Positions 36,427 through 38,606 of a DNA stretch of 38,606 nt are shown in pieces. The notes beneath the pieces were generated by a model. That model was given only the letters and a program-made list of their open reading frames with translations. It ran no database searches and had not been told where the DNA came from. Each line of letters opens with the position of its first letter. Positions within the stretch are counted from its first letter, which is position 1. Made by a program: the position numbers and the translations under genes. The stretch is from assembly GCA_015487305.1 (NCBI GenBank), contig WFQB01000191.1, positions 1 through 38,606 of the forward strand, given 5' to 3'. The stretch is from Parvularculaceae bacterium. Its GTDB lineage: Bacteria; Pseudomonadota; Alphaproteobacteria; Caulobacterales; Parvularculaceae.

Positions 36427-37203
36427 TTACAATTTCCACCCATAATGGAGAGCGGCAATCCCCCCGCTTAAATTTTCATAGGAGACCCGCGAAAATCCTG
36501 CTGCTGAAATACGCGTAGCAAAAGCATCCTGTTTGGGGAAGCGACGAATGGATTCGACCAGATATTGATAGGATGCGCGATCTTTTGCGACTACTTCACC
36601 AAGGCGCGGAATGACATTAAAAGAATAGCTGTCATAAATTTTCTGCATGGTCTCAATCACCGGATGCGAAAATTCCAGACAGACAAAACGCCCGCCGCGC
36701 TTCAATACGCGATAGGCCTCTTCAAGAGCGCGGTCCATATGAGTGACATTGCGAATACCAAAGCCGATTGTATAAGCATCAACAATATTTTCCGGCAGGG
36801 GCAATTCCTCAGCATTGCCGCAAATGCGGGTGATCTGACATCCAAATTTTTGCGCATCCTTGCGCGAAATCCCGGCCACCATCATCGCATGATTAATATC
36901 GCAAACCATGGCCCGGGCCGCCTCGCGACCGCGCTCGGGGCGCTCTGCTGCTCGTTGCAAAAAGCCAATGGCAATATCGCCCGTGCCCCCGGCCACATCG
37001 AGCAGCGCCTGCCCCGGTTGCGGGTTAAGGCGATCCAGCAACACTGATTTCCAAATCCGATGAACCCCGCCCGACATGAGGTCATTCATCAGGTCATAAT
37101 TCTCAGCGACCGAATCAAACACCGCCCGCACCATGCCCTCTTTTTCAGGAGCTGGCACATCGCTAAAGCCGAAACTGGCGGTATTTTGGGGTTGGTCCAT
37201 CAT
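36427..37203 (-). CDS. ubiE: Ubiquinone/menaquinone biosynthesis C-methyltransferase UbiE
   Basis: ..[17 protein letters not shown].., SAM motif ..[12 protein letters not shown].., ..GFGIRNV.. and ..[10 protein letters not shown] at the C-terminus. Confidence 0.93.
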   Translation of the reverse strand: MMDQPQNTASFGFSDVPAPEKEGMVRAVFDSVAENYDLMNDLMSGGVHRIWKSVLLDRLNPQPGQALLDVAGGTGDIAIGFLQRAAERPERGREAARAMVCDINHAMMVAGISRKDAQKFGCQITRICGNAEELPLPENIVDAYTIGFGIRNVTHMDRALEEAYRVLKRGGRFVCLEFSHPVIETMQKIYDSYSFNVIPRLGEVVAKDRASYQYLVESIRRFPKQDAFATRISAAGFSRVSYENLSGGIAALHYGWKL

Positions 37204-37414
37204 AATGGCACTCTTTTAACGCTTAATGTCCTTACATATAGGGTTTTTTCTCAATAAATCCCTGTTGACGGGCAGCCATCATTTTGGCAGCATCTCATTC
37301 GCTGAAAAACTGAAATAAATCAAGCTATTGGCATGAAATTCGGCCCTCTCTCAGGCCAAATCATGACTTTGCGTCTAAATAATCGATATTACGGGAAAAG
37401 AAGGGGATAATCCG

Positions 37415-37756
37415 ATGATCAAATCCGAACTGGTTGAAAAGCTCGCAAATGACAACCCACAGCTTTTCGCCCGGGATATCGAAAAAATCGTCAATACCGT
37501 CTTTGACGAAATTGCCGGCGCGCTGGCCGAAGGCAATCGGGTGGAATTGCGTGGCTTTGGTGCGTTTTCCGTCAAACATCGCGCCGCCCGCATTGGTCGC
37601 AATCCCCGCACCGGCGAGGCGGTTGCCATTGATGAAAAATGGACTCCGTTTTTCAAGGCCGGCAAAGAAATGCGGGAGCGTCTCAATCGCAAATCCCCCA
37701 AAAATGACAATCAAGGCGGCCAAGGCGGCGATAATGTCGTGGATGTGAAGTTCTAG
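37415..37756 (+). CDS. ihfB: Integration host factor subunit beta
   Basis: [91 protein letters not shown] closely parallels IHF-beta. GAAGGGGA lies upstream. There is an extra ~20-residue Gly/Gln/Asn-rich C-terminal tail. Confidence 0.9.
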   Translation: MIKSELVEKLANDNPQLFARDIEKIVNTVFDEIAGALAEGNRVELRGFGAFSVKHRAARIGRNPRTGEAVAIDEKWTPFFKAGKEMRERLNRKSPKNDNQGGQGGDNVVDVKF

Positions 37757-37820
37757 GTTCACCTTCTTAAACGAGCGACCTTCACTGGAATTTAACCATA
37801 AGAGGGATTAAATAACCCTC

Positions 37821-38192
37821 ATGGGAAAGTTCTTTTCATCCATCATAACCTTTATTCTCGGCGGACTATTGCTGTTGTTTATGGTCGCCAATCGCACCCC
37901 GGTGCGCCTTGGTCTTGATCCGTTTAATGCAGAAAACCCTGCCGTCGCTTTGCCTTTCACCATGCCCTTATGGGCAGCTTTATTTGCAACGCTTTTTCTG
38001 GGGTATTTTCTCGGCGCTTTTGGCATGTGGCTATCCGGCAGCAAGACACGACAAAAATTGTCGAGCCAGAAAAAAGAACTGAAACAGCTAAAGCAGGAAT
38101 TATCCGCCGCTTTGCAAACACAAAAAGACCAAGCTGAAAGCGAAAAAATCACCCCCGCCCTGCGGCAGGATGAAGATGGTAATAGTATCTAA
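37821..38192 (+). CDS. LapA/DUF1049-family inner-membrane protein
   Basis: Two N-terminal TM helices, then a coiled, charged tail (..QKKELKQLKQELSAALQTQKDQ..). It has the conserved position directly after ihfB. Confidence 0.7.
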   Translation: MGKFFSSIITFILGGLLLLFMVANRTPVRLGLDPFNAENPAVALPFTMPLWAALFATLFLGYFLGAFGMWLSGSKTRQKLSSQKKELKQLKQELSAALQTQKDQAESEKITPALRQDEDGNSI

Positions 38193-38194
38193 CC

Positions 38195-38275
38195 CCGCAC
38201 ACTTTATCTGGTTACGCTCGCGGGATACCGCGAGCGCGGCGCATAAGCGCCGACGCGCAGTCGCGCTTGAAAGAT
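38195..38275. terminator. GC-rich multi-hairpin spacer between convergent genes (probable bidirectional termination region)
   Basis: CTCGCGG-gata-CCGCGAG, GGCGC-ataa-GCGCC and AAGCGCCGAC..GTCGCGCTT stems occur in series. There are no clear U-tracts. Confidence 0.35.
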
Positions 38276-38321
38276 GGCGTTGGTTTCGTTCGTAAGAAGG
38301 TCATTGGGGCCTGCACCCCAA

Positions 38322-38606
38322 CTAACCCCGCACCGCCCAATCAAAAGTCATTTTGGCCACTTCGCGGCCGCTTTCATCATAGAGACTGACCGCAACATCA
38401 AGGCGCACCTTGCCATCGGCTTCCAATTGAGATCGCAATTGATCGGGGCTGTCTTTGGCCTCTGCCTTGGCCGTCACATCGCCTTTGGCAAGTTTTAGAT
38501 ATTGCACCTCGGCCCCGGCAGCGACCGGTTTTAAGGTGAACATTTTATCGGCAAAAATTGTTGCCATGGCCATGCCGGAAGCCGTTTCCGCCAAAGTGTA
38601 CATAGC
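38322..38606 (-). CDS. Hotdog-fold (thioesterase/DUF4442-like) protein, C-terminal part; the N-terminus lies beyond the right edge
   Basis: The frame is open to the window edge. ..YTLAETASGMAMATIF.. resembles the hotdog-fold helix region. The family call is tentative. Confidence 0.45.
   Translation of the reverse strand, partial: AMYTLAETASGMAMATIFADKMFTLKPVAAGAEVQYLKLAKGDVTAKAEAKDSPDQLRSQLEADGKVRLDVAVSLYDESGREVAKMTFDWAVRG

Noticed and set aside
37690-37756. Gly/Gln/Asn-rich ~20-residue C-terminal tail on IHF-beta
   Set aside because: Short low-complexity tails on HU/IHF proteins vary among lineages. There is no evidence from sequence alone that it is functionally special.
38195-38275. Series of GC-rich hairpins that could be a REP/BIME-like repeat
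   Set aside because: Only one copy is visible in the window, so repeat status cannot be shown. It is annotated simply as a probable convergent-gene termination region.
1-38606. Scan for tRNA, rRNA, CRISPR arrays, integrase or recombinase genes and known defence, toxin-antitoxin or nuclease modules
   Set aside because: By eye I saw no T-loop-like GGTTCGAATCC-type motifs in intergenic DNA, no regularly spaced repeats, and no ORF with integrase, reverse transcriptase, nuclease, ATPase-defence or toxin hallmarks. I therefore make no such call.

Overview
The window looks like chromosomal DNA from an alphaproteobacterium, judged from gene content and order (rpsO-pnp, ubiE-ubiB, ihfB-lapA, cpa/tad). 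No species can be named from sequence alone. Most of it is housekeeping. Left to right: a partial Asp/Glu-racemase-family gene divergent from an Lrp/AsnC regulator; an AT-rich lipoprotein cluster (1060-3839) with two paralogous HExxH lipoproteins, one of them frameshifted; pnp and rpsO; a decayed, gene-poor stretch; a roughly 2.2 kb orphan insert (7330-9508) with an internally deleted IS5-family element, bracketed by an imperfect 30-nt direct repeat of the tadC 3' end; a complete Flp/Tad (Cpa) pilus locus (tadC-tadB-cpaF-cpaE-cpaD-cpaC-cpaB-cpaA plus three flp genes, 9509-19351) with a Crp/Fnr-like regulator and a stand-alone CpaC-N-domain protein; a translationally coupled pabB-pabA-pabC operon ending in a divergent ANL-type adenylating enzyme; an AI-2E transporter; oxyR; peptide-type ABC transporter genes without ATPases; a TraB/GumN lipoprotein; coaBC; ubiB-ubiE; ihfB; a lapA-like gene; and a partial hotdog-fold gene. 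I saw no rRNA, tRNA, CRISPR array or recognisable defence, toxin or nuclease module. The best candidates for undescribed biology are: (1) a Flp-type pilin with a poly-Asp/Glu tail between two canonical flp genes, together with a CpaE/TadZ that has a long acidic N-terminal extension; (2) the orphan three-ORF insert bounded by the tadC-3' repeat; (3) the HExxH lipoprotein cluster with a conserved 5' module and diverged bodies. All functional calls rest on by-eye motif recognition and need profile or database searches.
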